DNA of 64,000 bases, taken from assembly GCA_030704615.1 (NCBI GenBank), contig CM060732.1:51088001-51152000 (forward strand). The letters are read 5' to 3'. The position numbers and the translations under genes are program-made. The DNA is from Takakia lepidozioides (Eukaryota; Plantae; Bryophyta). Shown in pieces: positions 26,541 to 39,339 of the stretch. Position 1 is the stretch's first letter; every line of letters begins with the position of its first letter. Below the pieces are notes generated by a model. It saw only the letters and a list, made by a program, of their open reading frames with translations. It did no database searches and was not told the DNA's origin.

Positions 26541-29500
26541 AGAGGATGAAAACCGCCACAACAACTTGGGGACTTGACCTCATGCGACTTGCTTTCTTCT
26601 TTGGTGGTTGCTCTTCTTCTCTCTCGTGGCACCATTGCTGCCTGCTTATATGCGCCCCACTGTTGTTGTGCTTTGATAGAATCAGCAGGCTGACGAGGAG
26701 AACTGCTACAGGCCAAAGCAGTCGGGCAAATGGGTTCGCACCTCCAAGCGACGTGCCAGTCAGAATCGCTGACAGGACCGTTCTTTTGGGTCTTGACCTT
26801 GCTGGACGTATTTTGAGGATCAGTCATCAGCTCTGTGCCCATCACAACAGTTCCAAGTTGGTAGGCTGTTGGAAAAACCCTTTCAATTTGTATACTGTTT
26901 ACTCCAAAGGGCTGGTTTAGAGATTTGGCTGCTTAATTGATTCCACTTTTCTTGTTCAAGGTTTGACAGTGTCAGTTTGCTCAGTATCTTAAATGCAACC
27001 CTAATCACTCATAAGAGCAGCAAGGGGTAACTTAAAATAGATACTGTAACTCTTTTGTTACAGTTGCATGTCTTTATCTGTAGTGTATGTCTAGTCTATT
27101 GCTTGTGAGTGTGTCAGAAGAGTGGCCTGACCAAGCTGCGTGACCTGCCCAAAAGTACAAGTGCTTTTGGTGTAATTCTTCTAAGGATAGAGTAGAGTGC
27201 ATGGAAAATTTGATACAACTAGCGTTAGACAGTGAGGTGAGTGTAAAGACGAATTCCAATGTGGCAAGTTGCACTTTTAGAGCAGAAATGGACTGGCATG
27301 TGAAGTATACACTCTTGTCTATACAAAAGGTGGAAGTGCATCCAGTTTGCCGCTCGGCTTGTTATGCATCAGCATGTCTCCTCTTGACTCTTGCCTGAGA
27401 CAAAGAGGTGTTTCGCCACATGCAGTGTTGTGCTTCATGTGGAAACATGTGCTGGCTTTCTCTGTTTGTGCCCTCTCTTTCTACTTTCTGCAGTTATTGT
27501 TGTTATGACAGAGATTCGGTGAGATTGTTCAAGTGTCCCACCACTTGGGGATACTTCAATTGCCATTAGGACACATCTCGGGAGTCAACACTGAATCTCT
27601 CAGATGAAGGAAGTAGCGTATGGTAACAAGCTGAGAGACCGCGCGAGGGAGTGACAGTCGGCGGGCAAACAAAGAGCCGACCGGTTCCAAATGTGGTAGA
27701 GTTCCCATAAATATTATGGTGGCCTTGAGAAGGAGGCCAGGGGTTGAAAGCCAAGTGGCGCCCCTCTGTCTAAGTCGAATGAAGGCTGGGCGAGGTTGGA
27801 AGGGATGAAGGGGTGATGAATTCCAAGGGATAGGCTAATGAACAGTGACAGGAAAGGGAGTAGATGTGTAGGATTAGAATTCTGGAAATCTGTATACAAA
27901 ACAGAAGCAAACAAGGAAATGATGCAATTTTTCACAGTCCCAGGCACGAGAGCAGAGACCGTTCAATACCTCACCCCAGACTACGGATCCCTGGAAGCTC
28001 ACATCGCTTGTATTTAGAAACGAAATACTTTGTGTTCTTCCCCTTCGTAGACAATATTACTGATAAATTAAATGCAAAGAACAAATGTGGAAAGTTATAA
28101 CTGAATGTGATGGAACTGGAGGGATAAATCTGAAGAAAATTTAATATAATGGAATTCGTTGTTGTAAACTGAGAGAAAGTGAATATGCGAATTGAAGGAT
28201 ATATATGAAGGGAACTGAATATAATGAAACTCAATGTGATAAAAACCAATGAACGGAACTCAATGTATAACGAACAGTGAATAGACTCAGTACAAATGCA
28301 AGTAATCCATGCAAGCCTTGCCATATAGGAGGTGGCAGGGTTTGCGACTTGCGCCACTAGTCCTGATGGTTGAGTTGAGGTTATGGAGCCTTTCTTCCCA
28401 ATCATTTAATGCAGAGCCCCAAAAAGAATACCTTCATTCTCTCTTTCTCTGTTCTATTCAATTCTTCTTTTCCTGCCCTTCTTACTATGAGATCTGTGGG
28501 AGACTCAACTGTCCTCACAGAATTCTTCCATTATGAGGATCAAAAATTTCAATGAGCAAATAGGATAGGAGGAAATACAAGTCATTGTCTTGCTTGGAGA
28601 GAAAATATCGGCCTACGATGGCTGGTAGATGTACTCATGCATACATAAAACTATTCATCCAGGGATTTCATTCATTTATAGATACCGATGAAATATTATT
28701 TCCATTACACCCGTCTCGATCTAATTTGAAACTTAATCGCAAGTACCCGTGCTAAGCATCAAACGTTGTGTTTAATCTGCCTTAGAAAGGCAGGACCAAT
28801 AGTAAAACTGCAGGGATAAATATGAAGGGAACTGAATATAATGAAATTATAGCACTCACCGATCTATGAATGAATGGGAAAGAATAGGTGGATGAAAATA
28901 TAGTCTACTGCAAATGGCTATTTATTGGGGAAGGCATTATCTTTATAGGTAGATATAAGAGGGGAAGATACATGATTAGAAAACAATAAAATCTATGCCA
29001 GGTCTGTCCTTAGGGAGGAACCGATAAATATATATAAGAGTATATATAACACATATTTAAGAACAAGCCGCAAACCGCAAGAGGCTCTGTCCACTAAGCT
29101 TTAAGAAACAACATCATTGTTAACATGATATATGGTTACCTTACACATGTGAAAGCTTTTAGACCAATAAATTTTGACAAGCTTCCATGTGGTTTATACT
29201 CGGGAGCTTTTTTAGACCAATCACACTGTTGACACGGTGTAAGGTCCATTGACCACATTTTCTCAATTGTTGAAGCTCTTACCCCAGGAGACATCGAAGT
29301 CTGAGAAAAGTTGTTGCCTCCTCCTCTCCGAGCATCTGCAAATAGCTTTACCCAGCACTGCCCAAGCCTTCCTCCCCTCAGTCATCAGCACCTCGTATAT
29401 TTTATAAAGAACGAATCTGAGACTGGGGCTGGATCCCCCAAAGACCTCAGAATATCTGGACTTCCAGATGTTCCATAGGAAAGAGCTCTAAGGCAAGCCC

Positions 29501-30949
29501 AGACAGGACAGGAGGAACATAATCTATTATTAGGGAGATTAAGGAGATGCAGCCAAGTGGTTGGCCAAATCACGGCTTTCCAGCTTGAGTAGAAAACAAA
29601 CCATGAAAAAGTATGAATGTAATAAACACAACCAGCAGCAAGTTGCGTTATGGATGCCCAATGCAATACGAAATTAATGTTTTAGAATAACTTGTCGCCT
29701 TTACCACTGGGCTGTAAAGGAATTCAAAACCAGTTGTTGATACATCCCAAGATAAGATCATGAAAAAAGTAACTATTTCCCCTCACTATCAATGAGTACA
29801 TGGGATTAATCCATGTTTGTGTTTGTATGTATGTGTATGATCGTCCATGGGAAGGCAGAAGAGCTTATGGGACCAAACAAACAGAAGACAGAATGAACAG
29901 AGCAGTGGGCCCCCAACAACCAGCCCACACCCCAAGAGGCGCCCCTTGGGCCCATGGTCTTACAAGAATCCCAATGAACTGACATAAACAGCCTCGAGCG
30001 ATTCTCAAATTTGGAGAGAGAGAGAGAGAGCAGCCACCAATCGCAGCAACTAAGAAGCACAAACAGACACGGATGAAGAGATAGGCATAGAAACATCAGA
30101 TGTTGAGCTGAAAAGAGTGTAGCAAATGAGAAAAGAAGACGAACCCACCTGGAAGATTTCATCTTGCACTCCTCATTGACAGGGAGCACATCTAGGCCAC
30201 CGCTGGATCAGTGTTCAACAAAACCATTTACACATCAGCTCTTATACTCTCCATGCCCAATAATGCCCAATAATGCCACAGCAAACCAAACCAGAATCCA
30301 ACAGAAAACACATTTTCAAGTCTCCTTCTCGCTTCTCTAACTCACGGCAGACGAAGTACAATCACTTCCCCAACTCACTCGAACTGCCCCTCCCCTTCAC
30401 ATGCATAAGCTTTCAGCTCTGTTGGTTACTGTGGAATTGGCACGAAGGAAGTGAGCATCCCCAGACAGCAGCCATGTGCTGATTTTCCAGGCACTCTCAC
30501 AGGATCTGGCAACCCCCCATATGAAATCTCAGGGGAAAACACAAGCATGTGGATCAAATTCTCCGACTGAAATTGAAGAGCCTTGACTCTTTTATTCCCG
30601 TCATCATCATCATCACAAGTGTGGTTTACCAGCCATCTTGGGTCATATTTCTTCCTTTTCCCTGCCCATCCAGATCCACCCACAGTACATCCATCAATCT
30701 TTCTCCTCATGACAACAACATTTGAGTGGAATTTTGTGAGGGCTCATAATGGTGCAGCACCCAGCCTTTGCCCTCCTCCATTTTCATGTAGAAAACTTTG
30801 AGGAAGCCATATGGTGCTGGGGGGTTATCTAGGGATTGTACAGGATGGATAACTGCTGTATGGATGTCTCCCAGACGATGACAGTTTTTCGTCGATGAAT
30901 ATCATGGAAGTCATTTATAGGAGTGTTTTCCGTAGGAGACTTGCCAGTC

Positions 30950-31308
30950 TTACCAATAATCCCCACAAGAACAAGCACCATCTTGAAAGTGGCAAAATCA
31001 GATGGCATCCGGGACAACAACTGTGCGCCCCACAATATTTGAGATGAACATGGTGGGTAGTGTGGCAGTGACCACAAACACGAAGGTTCTTGATGACGGG
31101 GATAGTCATCCCAGGATGTGTGCTGATGAGCCCAAAAGCAATGGCTAGCTTTCTCACTGTGGTGGCGAAGAGAGATTTCTGTTCGCTCCTCCTCCACATC
31201 GTGCAATACACACCGCGTGTCAGGCTTATACCCTGCCTCCTTCATCTGCCCAGACAATCTCTTCAGCTCGGTATGGAGTCCCTCAATTTCTGGATGTGAC
31301 TCAATCTT
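30950..31308 (-). pseudogene. Disrupted DYW cytidine deaminase domain of the adjacent PPR gene
   Basis: After QVH-TAG the sequence reads [19 protein letters not shown][+1][18 protein letters not shown][+1]..[21 protein letters not shown]. Confidence 0.9.
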
Positions 31309-34300
31309 CTAATGCACCTGGTTGCCAACCTCAATGCAGCTGCGCTCTGGTGACTTTTGTACTCCTCTTTCCTCCATCATTTTCCTCACCTTCGCTTTAT
31401 CATCCCAACTGCCAGCCTCAGCATAGATGTTTGAGAGCAGCACATAAGTTGCAGCGTCTTGTGGATCCTGCTTGAGAAGACATTTTGCTGCACGTTCTGC
31501 TACCTTCAAATTGTCATGAATTCTGCAGGCACCAAGTAAGGCCCCCCAAACTGAAGCATCTGGTTTGATTGGCATTTTATTAATCAAGTCCTCTGCATCA
31601 TCCAACTGCCCTCCACGGCCAAGGATGTCCACCATGCAGCCAAAATGCTCCAATGTAGGAGGGATGCCATGATCTCGACTCATGGAATCAAAGTAGTGAC
31701 AGCCTTCATCCAGTAGGCCTGCATGGCTGCATGCACAGAGAAGAGATATAAAGGTAATAGCGGTTGGCTTCAAGCCTACCTGTTGCATTTGTTCAAATAG
31801 CTGCAAGGCCTCCCTACCACACCCATGCTGACTATATCCTGTGATCATCACATTCCATGAGACGACATCGTGTTCAGCCATACTGTCAAACACTTCACGC
31901 GCATCTTCTAAGTTTCCGCATTTTGCATACATGTTAATGAGTGTGTTTTCCAAATTTATTGATGACAGAATTCCAGCTTCAATGATGTGAGCATGGAGCT
32001 CTTTTCCCTTTTTGAGGGCTGCCAGACTGGCACACAAGTTGAGAACACAGATGAACGTGACCTTGTTGGGTGTCACCCCTTCACACATCATTTGCTCATA
32101 CATCCCAAAAGCCTCCTTGCCACAACCACGCTGAGCATATCCTGAGATCATTGCACTCCATGAGACTACATTTCGTTCAGCCATACTGTCAAACACACTG
32201 CATGCATCCTTTATACTCCCACATTTGAAATACATGTCAAGAAGGGTATTCTCCAAATTTATGTATGCCGCGATCCCAGCTTTGACAATGTCAGCATGGA
32301 CCTCTTTGCCCTTTCCGAGATCTCTTATGCTAGTGCATGCATTCAGAACGCAGATGAATGTGATCCTATCAGGTGTCACCCCATCTCGTATCATTTTCTC
32401 ATAGGTTTCAATGGCCTCACTGCCATACCCTTGCTGAGCATATCCTGCAATCATCGCATTCCATGATACCACGTCCTGTTGAGCCATGCTGTCAAACACT
32501 TTACGTGCATCCTCTATGCTTCCACATTTGGCATACATGTCAACAAGGCTATTCTCAAGACTGATATCTATGGATATTCCACTTTTTCCAATATCAGCAT
32601 GGACCTGTTTGCCCTTTACTAGGGATCCTAAGTTGGCACACACATTGAGAATGCAAAGGAACGTGACCTTGTTGGGTGTCACCCCTTCTGGTACCATTTG
32701 CCCATACATCTCAAAAGCCTCCTTACAACACCCATGCAGAGAATAACCTGTGAGCATCACATTCCATGAAGTCACATCATGTTGAGCCATATTATCGAAC
32801 ACTTGACGTGCATCCTTAATGCTCCCACATTTGGCATACATGTCAACAAGGGTGTTCTCCAGAATGATATCTGGCACAATCTCACGTCTGCTGATGTTAG
32901 CATGGACCTCTTTGCCTTTTTCCAGGGCTTCTACGCTGGCACACCCGTTGAGAACACAAGTGAATGTGAATATGTCAGGCATCACCCCTTCCAGTATCAT
33001 TTGCTCATAGATCTCCAAAGCTTCCATACCATACCCATGCTGAACGTATCCTGCAATCATGGCATTCCATGAGACCACATTTCGTTTAGCCACCATGTCG
33101 AACTCGTGGCGTGCATCCTTCACGCTCCCACATTTGGCATACATGTCAACAAGGGCAGTCGCCAGAATGATATCTGGTACAATTCCAGCTTTGGTGATGT
33201 CAGCATGCACCTCTTTGCCCTTTTCCAGGTCTCCAAGGTTGGCACATGCATTGACAATGCAGATGAACGTGACCTTGTTGGGGATCACCCCTTCTTGTAT
33301 CATTTTCTCGTACATCTCGAAAGCATCCCTACCACACCCATGCTGAGCATATCCTGCAATCATGGTATTCCATGAGACTACATCTCCTTTAGTCATATTT
33401 TCGAACACTTCACGAGCATCCTTCATGCTCCCGCATTTGGCATACATGTCAACAAGGGTATTCTCCAAATTAGTATATGGTGCAATTCCGGCTCTCATAA
33501 TGTCACCATGCACCTCTCTGCCCTTTCCCAGGGCTCGTATGCTGGCACACGCCTTAAGAATGCAAATGAACGTAACTGGGTTGGGCATCACCCCTTCCTG
33601 TTGCATTTGTGCATAGAGCTTGAAAGACTCCGAACCATGCCTATGGTTGGCATATCCTGCCATCATTATAGTCCACGTAAACACATCCCGTTCAGGCATC
33701 TTGTCAAACACTTGGCGTGCATCCGCCACACTTCCGCACTTGGCATACATGTTAACTAGGGTGTTGAGTAGAAAGATATTCAGCTTGAATCCACTTTGGG
33801 CAATGTGAGCATGTACCTTCCTCCCTGCTGCTAGGTCTTTAGATTTGATGCACTCCTGCAAGATACAGACATAAGTATCGGAGTCTGCCAAAATGCCCGG
33901 TTGATTCAAAATATGAAGAGCCTCTTTCAGCCGTCCTGCCTTACATAGTGTTCTCACATCACCACAAGAGCCAGAAGAGTTGTTGATTCCCTCTCTTGGT
34001 CCTCTCCTGAAAGCACTGGCGATGATGGAGGCACTAAACTTGTCACCAGTCTCATATCCAACAACCCACGGTACCTGACTCAACTGTGCCACCCTGCATA
34101 ACTTGAAACCCTTAGTTACAAACCTTTACAGTCAGATATATCTCAAGTCTCTAGATACTTCAATGAGAGATGTCTTCATCAGGACAAGCTCCTTGTTGCA
34201 TACTAAAAGGGGTACACAACTGCTCCAGTTATCTACTTTTGAGGTCCAACTGTGCCAATAATATCTGTTAGGCTGGAGCTCTTAAATCATGATTTTAAGA

Positions 34301-34822
34301 AAAAAATACCTGTTGCATTCTTGGGTGGGAGCCTCATGGTGTACACTGACATTAGGACCATCACCAGATTGAGGTCCACCTTGAATCATAGCAGCTAATT
34401 CTGCCCAAGAAGGGTTCAACCAACCTTCAATCCAAAGGACCTCCTTTGTGTGGTCATGTCTGAAGTCTGGTGATCTAGGACTTCCCTGTGGAAACCACCA
34501 GTTGCAGCTGAGCACACATGAATACAACCACATCTGTCATAGACCATGCTCCAACTAGCAAAGCTCCGTAATCTGTCAAATAACAGGGAACAACCTACTG
34601 ATACCGACAGTAAAAACTGCTTGGTTGCATTTCCTCTGCAATAACTGTCATCAATTTAAGAATATTATTGTCTCCACAAGATATCACCCCACCACCTACA
34701 TTACAAGCCCTCCTTGACCGACTTTTTGACATCCTAAGTGCCTACCTTATCAAACCGGTTGCCCAACTGCGAAGGATCATAGAAGAACTTCGGCAAGAGC
34801 TGTTCTAGACTCATTGCTTGCC
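31309..34822 (-). CDS. PLS-class PPR organellar RNA-editing factor with an N-terminal OSB-type PDF motif. Exons 34822-34746, 34485-34310, 34093-31309; a further uncertain upstream exon ends at 35295. Functionally E-type (or a pseudogene) because the DYW is broken
   Basis: A 927-aa open frame contains 7 PLS triplets of ~101 aa plus E motifs (WGALLGACRIH, YVLLSNIYA). The upstream exons FFYDPSQLGNRFDK | GSPRSPDFRHDHTKEVLWIEGW splice in frame (phase 0, then phase 2). Confidence 0.88.
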
Positions 34823-36164
34823 CTGCATGTAAGAACAGAATATCATGGCCTCAGCCTACTCTCATACAAAAGATATAGTTCCAAGTTTTATGATCACAGT
34901 TACAGATGCTGCAAGCCTCACAATTAGAAAGAGAATTAAGTGGTGGCAAGAAGGGTCACAAACCCAAAACCAGGGAAAGAGGGGAGAAGAATAGATCTGG
35001 TTCACATAAGTAACATCTCAAAGAGCATATAGATGGTGCAACCAGCCCACTTTGAAGACCCCAATGGGAGAGGAAGAAGCTCATGTTTGCGGACAGCACA
35101 CTGCAAATCTGCTGAGGAGATTGACACTCAACATCTGGAAAGATGAGAACTTCTACAATGGAACATAAAGGCCTTGCTATGCAATTGGGGCACAATCAGC
35201 AAACTACACAAAAATTGGCAGGAAGCTGCAATCTTTGCTATCCAAAACTTGGCATGCCTCCACAACAGGGAAGATGTACAGATAATCTACATACCTTCTA
35301 ATCGCTTGGTCTCATCCTTCACATAGCAACAATTTGACATGAGGGTCATTTTGAGCTGCTGCTTTGCAATCTCGGTATTGGAAGTTTGCTTGATTTTGGA
35401 AGGGAGCAAAATCTTCCATGCCCGTGCCAACCGATCAAAGAAGATCTCTTTCGTATCATCGTCATCGATATAACCTTGGGCACTCTTCGTGATGTCATGT
35501 ATGTAGTAATCATCAAGCTGTGCTTGAACATGGCAGCGTCCACTTGATTTCGAGACCTGCTAGATCCGTTTTCAACCCCAAGATAACTCCAAAGTGGCTC
35601 TGGGACGATCGATAACCGGCAGTTTCGTAGCTGTCGACAAGCCAGCATTCCTCCGCAGGTCCGTGCTAATTTTACGCTCTAACTAGGTCACAGTTGTACT
35701 CTCCGAAATAACAAGAACTCTCGAAGCGACTGTATTGCAAGGATTGCATATTAAAACCCATAGGGTAGTGAGTACATGCCAAAAAATTTCCAACAACACT
35801 AGTATGAAACTGATGAAACCATGTAAGACTTGATTTACAACATGTACAATGGGTGAACGTGCATATGATGTGAACTTCCAAAAAAAGGGGGGGAGGGGGG
35901 GGGGAGGGAACAAGAAAAAAGAGAAGAAAACAAAAAGCTATAGTAAGCTACTCAGCTAGAGAAAACAAAAGCTATAGTAAGCTACTCAACCAGCGACGAA
36001 AACAGAAGCCATAGTAAACTACTCAAGCAGAGCGACCTTCCCAGCCAACAGCCTGGAGGAGATCAGGCAAAGAGATGGGCAAAGTGTCAGGCAGAGGCGG
36101 AAGACGAGATGACGCGGAGCTAGCCACATCAGCCCGATGCAAAATAGAGATGGCTTATGCTCTC

Positions 36165-39100
36165 TGCAAAGCAATTTTTGGAACACCTTTTTTAGGTGCT
36201 CCAGGTGCTCCTCCTTTGTTTTCGAGTACACCAAGATGTCGTCGATGTACACGATCACAAAGTCACCCAACCACTCCTGGAAAAGGCTGTTCATCAGCGT
36301 GCTAAATGTCGCTGGTGCATTGGTGAGCCCAAAAGGCATCACCAAGAACTCATATGAACCATATCTTGTCCTGCACGCGGTCTTCTCCTCATCTCCTTCC
36401 GCCACCCGAATTTGATGATAGCCGGAGCGCAAGTCGATCCGGCTGAAATACTTCGCTCCTGCCAACCGATCGAAAAGGTCGTCGATCCTTGGCAAAGGGT
36501 ACCGGTTTTTTATAGTCACCTTATTCAAAGCCCTGTAATCGACACACATCCGCAGCGTCCCATCCTTCTTGTCTGCGAATAGCACCGAGGCTCCGTAAGG
36601 TGACTTACTCGGCCGGATGTACCCCTTTGACATTAGATCCTTGAGCTGAGTCTTCAACTCGACCAACTCTGTGGCTCAACTGGTAGGGCGCCTTGGCAGG
36701 CGGTTCCGATCCCGGTATCACCTCAATCTTGTGGTCAACTCTTCTTCGCGGTGGCAAGCCGCTTGGTAAATCCTCCGCATCACATCCTGGTATTTCTCCA
36801 AAATCCCCTTGATCCAATCTGGGCTCGGCTCCCCATCGCCTTCTCCTTTCACTTCTCTAATGTAAAGCAAAAATTGGGACTCGTGTGCCTCCTCCACGGC
36901 CCACTCCTTTGCTGACAGAAGGTTTATTTGCCCTCCCACGGATTTGGGCGTTTCCGACACTCGTAAAACCTCGCCACCATTCCCACATGGCAGCGTGACT
37001 ACTCTCTTGCGGCCATCTATGACCGCTCCGGATTTGCTCAAAAAGGTCATCCCAAAATGAGATCCACTCCATCGATCTCGCAGATAGTGAAGTTCTCACG
37101 TCCCTCCCAACTCCCCAGTTGAAGAGGAACATCAAACGCCAACCTTGTCGCCAACTGAGGTTCTCATTTGGCAGAGCGCACCTCAATAGAGGCCCCCACG
37201 TCACTTGTCGGGAGTCCCAACTTTCGCGCCGCCGCCGGCGTCATGAAGGAGTGCGACGCTCCTGTGTCCACCAACAACGACACGTTAGTTCCGGATATTA
37301 TCCCATCTACGAACAATAACTGACTCCCTTTACGCAGGGCGCCAGTTTCCTGATACAACTCACAAGAATAGTTGCCTACCTTGCAAGTCCTGGCGACCAC
37401 CGCTTCCACCACGCGACTGATTGTATCTTCCGACAGCTCCGTGGTTGCCCGAGTCATGTTCAATTGTCGAGGTTTTGTGCACTTCTTGGCCATGTGCCCG
37501 GGCTCCCCGCAATTGAAACACACTCCATCAAAGGTTGCCTTCTGTCCGCCATAAGCCGCTCCACCCGCTTTTCCTTTCGAAGCACCGGGTGCCGCCTTGA
37601 CATGTGAAGGCCCTCCCTTCGATTTCCACGTGCCATTATCGCCGCGTGGCCTATCCCACTTCTTTTCCGGTCGGAAGGAGTCACCTTCCCGCCGGGTCTT
37701 CTTGTGGTTCAGCTCCGTACGGCCTTGTCTCTCACCCCTAGGGACATCCGAGAAACATTCAGCCCTCTCAATTGCCTCGTTCAAAGTCTTGGGTGGCTTC
37801 TCAACTTCCAACTTCCGCCTAGCCCATGGGGCTAGTCCCGCCACAAAGTTGAAGACCATTTCTGGTTCTGCCATGTCCGCGACTTCGAGCAACAGCACAT
37901 TGAAAGCCTGGACATACCCCCGAATGTCATCTGTTTGCTTCAAATTCCTCATCTTGTCCCGGACAAGCCAGGATGCGTTGAGGGGCACAAACTGTCTCTT
38001 CATCAATTCCTTGAACCCACTCCAGTTCAAGGTTTCCGGGCTTGGGCCTCGGTCGTGAAGGCGTTTCTGCCACCATTGTTGAGCATAGCCCCTCAAATAG
38101 GTGGGAGCCACTTCCACCCGATCCTCGTCACTCAACTTGGCCGCCCGGAAGTACTGCTCTAGCTCCAGGAGCTAGGTGTTGAGTGCCTTCCGGTTTCGAA
38201 CGCCCTCGAAGGTGCCGGGTTCCTTAGGCTTCACCTTAAACTTTGCCTTAGTGGAAGTGGCATTAGCCGCCTTCAACACGTCTTTCAACGTCCCGCCAAA
38301 CTGCGCCAAACAACCCTTCCCAAAAGGCTGCCGGCATGGGAGGCATCTCTTGGTTTGTTGGAGCTCTCAAGGATTCCTCGGACTCCGACTCCTCGGATTC
38401 CTCCCGCTCCTGAGCGGCCTCGTTTTCGGAAACATTCATCGCTTCCTAAAACGGCCGCCTCGGTGACACGTCGCCCCCATCGGGCTCACCAGGATCATCA
38501 TCTTTTGGGCCGTTCCGCTTTCGCTTTGGCTTGCCCGACCCCATGATGAGGCCAATCCCAAGGACAATCACGTACTGAACTCTAAGCTCTGATACCAAGT
38601 GTCACGCACCTCACTTCGGTAAGCTCCCCTTCAAGTCATAGTTACTCGCTTTGATGCGCGCGCCTGACTCCCAACCTGGCCGCCAGGCCAACTCGGAGCT
38701 TCGGCTGCTCACCGGGACATAACGGTCCCCCTTCGCTCTCCCGAAAGACCCTCCACCTATTTGGGCCTAGTGGAATTCCCTTTGGTAGATGGCAGTCCGG
38801 AACAGCTCCCCACTCTTTGGTCGCTTTCCGGCTCGCTTGCTTACTCACTCACTAGTTTTTGGACACCAACGGGCTTGCACCGTTCTCGGGGTTACTACTC
38901 CCTATATATACTTCTGTAGCTGTCCGCGGGGGTTTCACAACCAGCCATGCCATTTTATGGCGAACCACCACGAAGACCCTCGACTCCCCCGGTGGTGAGT
39001 CGCGGTGAGTCTTGGCCCTCTCACCCACGACCCCATGGGCCGTGATGAGTCCCAAGACTCCCCACGACTCCCACCACGAGGTCTCTACCCTATGGTGAGT

Positions 39101-39339
39101 CCTATGCCACCCCCACTAAGACCCGCTAAGCTACCACCACCCCTTGTGGAGCCACCCCCACCGCAACCCGGTGTGCAGGGCTCCACCTAGTGAGCGCCTC
39201 CGCCTCCTTGAGTGCCTTGGACACTCAAGGGTGCTTCAGCCCCCCCCCCCATACCTATCGCTGCCGCTGCCCCCACCACAGGGGCAGCTCCTCATGTGTC
39301 CCGACCCCCCCCCCGCCCTCAAGGCAAAGGGCCGCGACA
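36165..39339 (-). mobile_element. Ty3/Gypsy LTR retrotransposon Z, 3'-truncated: 5' LTR, tRNA-Met PBS, gag, protease, partial RT
   Basis: LTR 39339-38600 (TGTCGC...GTGACA). PBS TGGTATCAGAGC at 38597-38586. Gag zinc knuckle CFNCGEPGHMAKKC, protease LLVDTGASHSF and [13 protein letters not shown]. The sequence breaks off at ~36165. Confidence 0.93.
38600..39339 (-). repeat. 5' LTR of element Z (740 bp)
   Basis: TG...CA ends, with the PBS 2 nt downstream. Confidence 0.85.

Noticed and set aside
27900-29050. AT-rich block with repeated GAAGGGAACTGAATATAATGAAA motif; organellar insertion or transposon
   Set aside because: I recognised no organellar gene, termini or coding remnant.
30950-31308. 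U-to-C (KP-type) DYW variant
   Set aside because: The remnants (HSEKLA, CxxCH, terminal DYW) are of the canonical C-to-U type.
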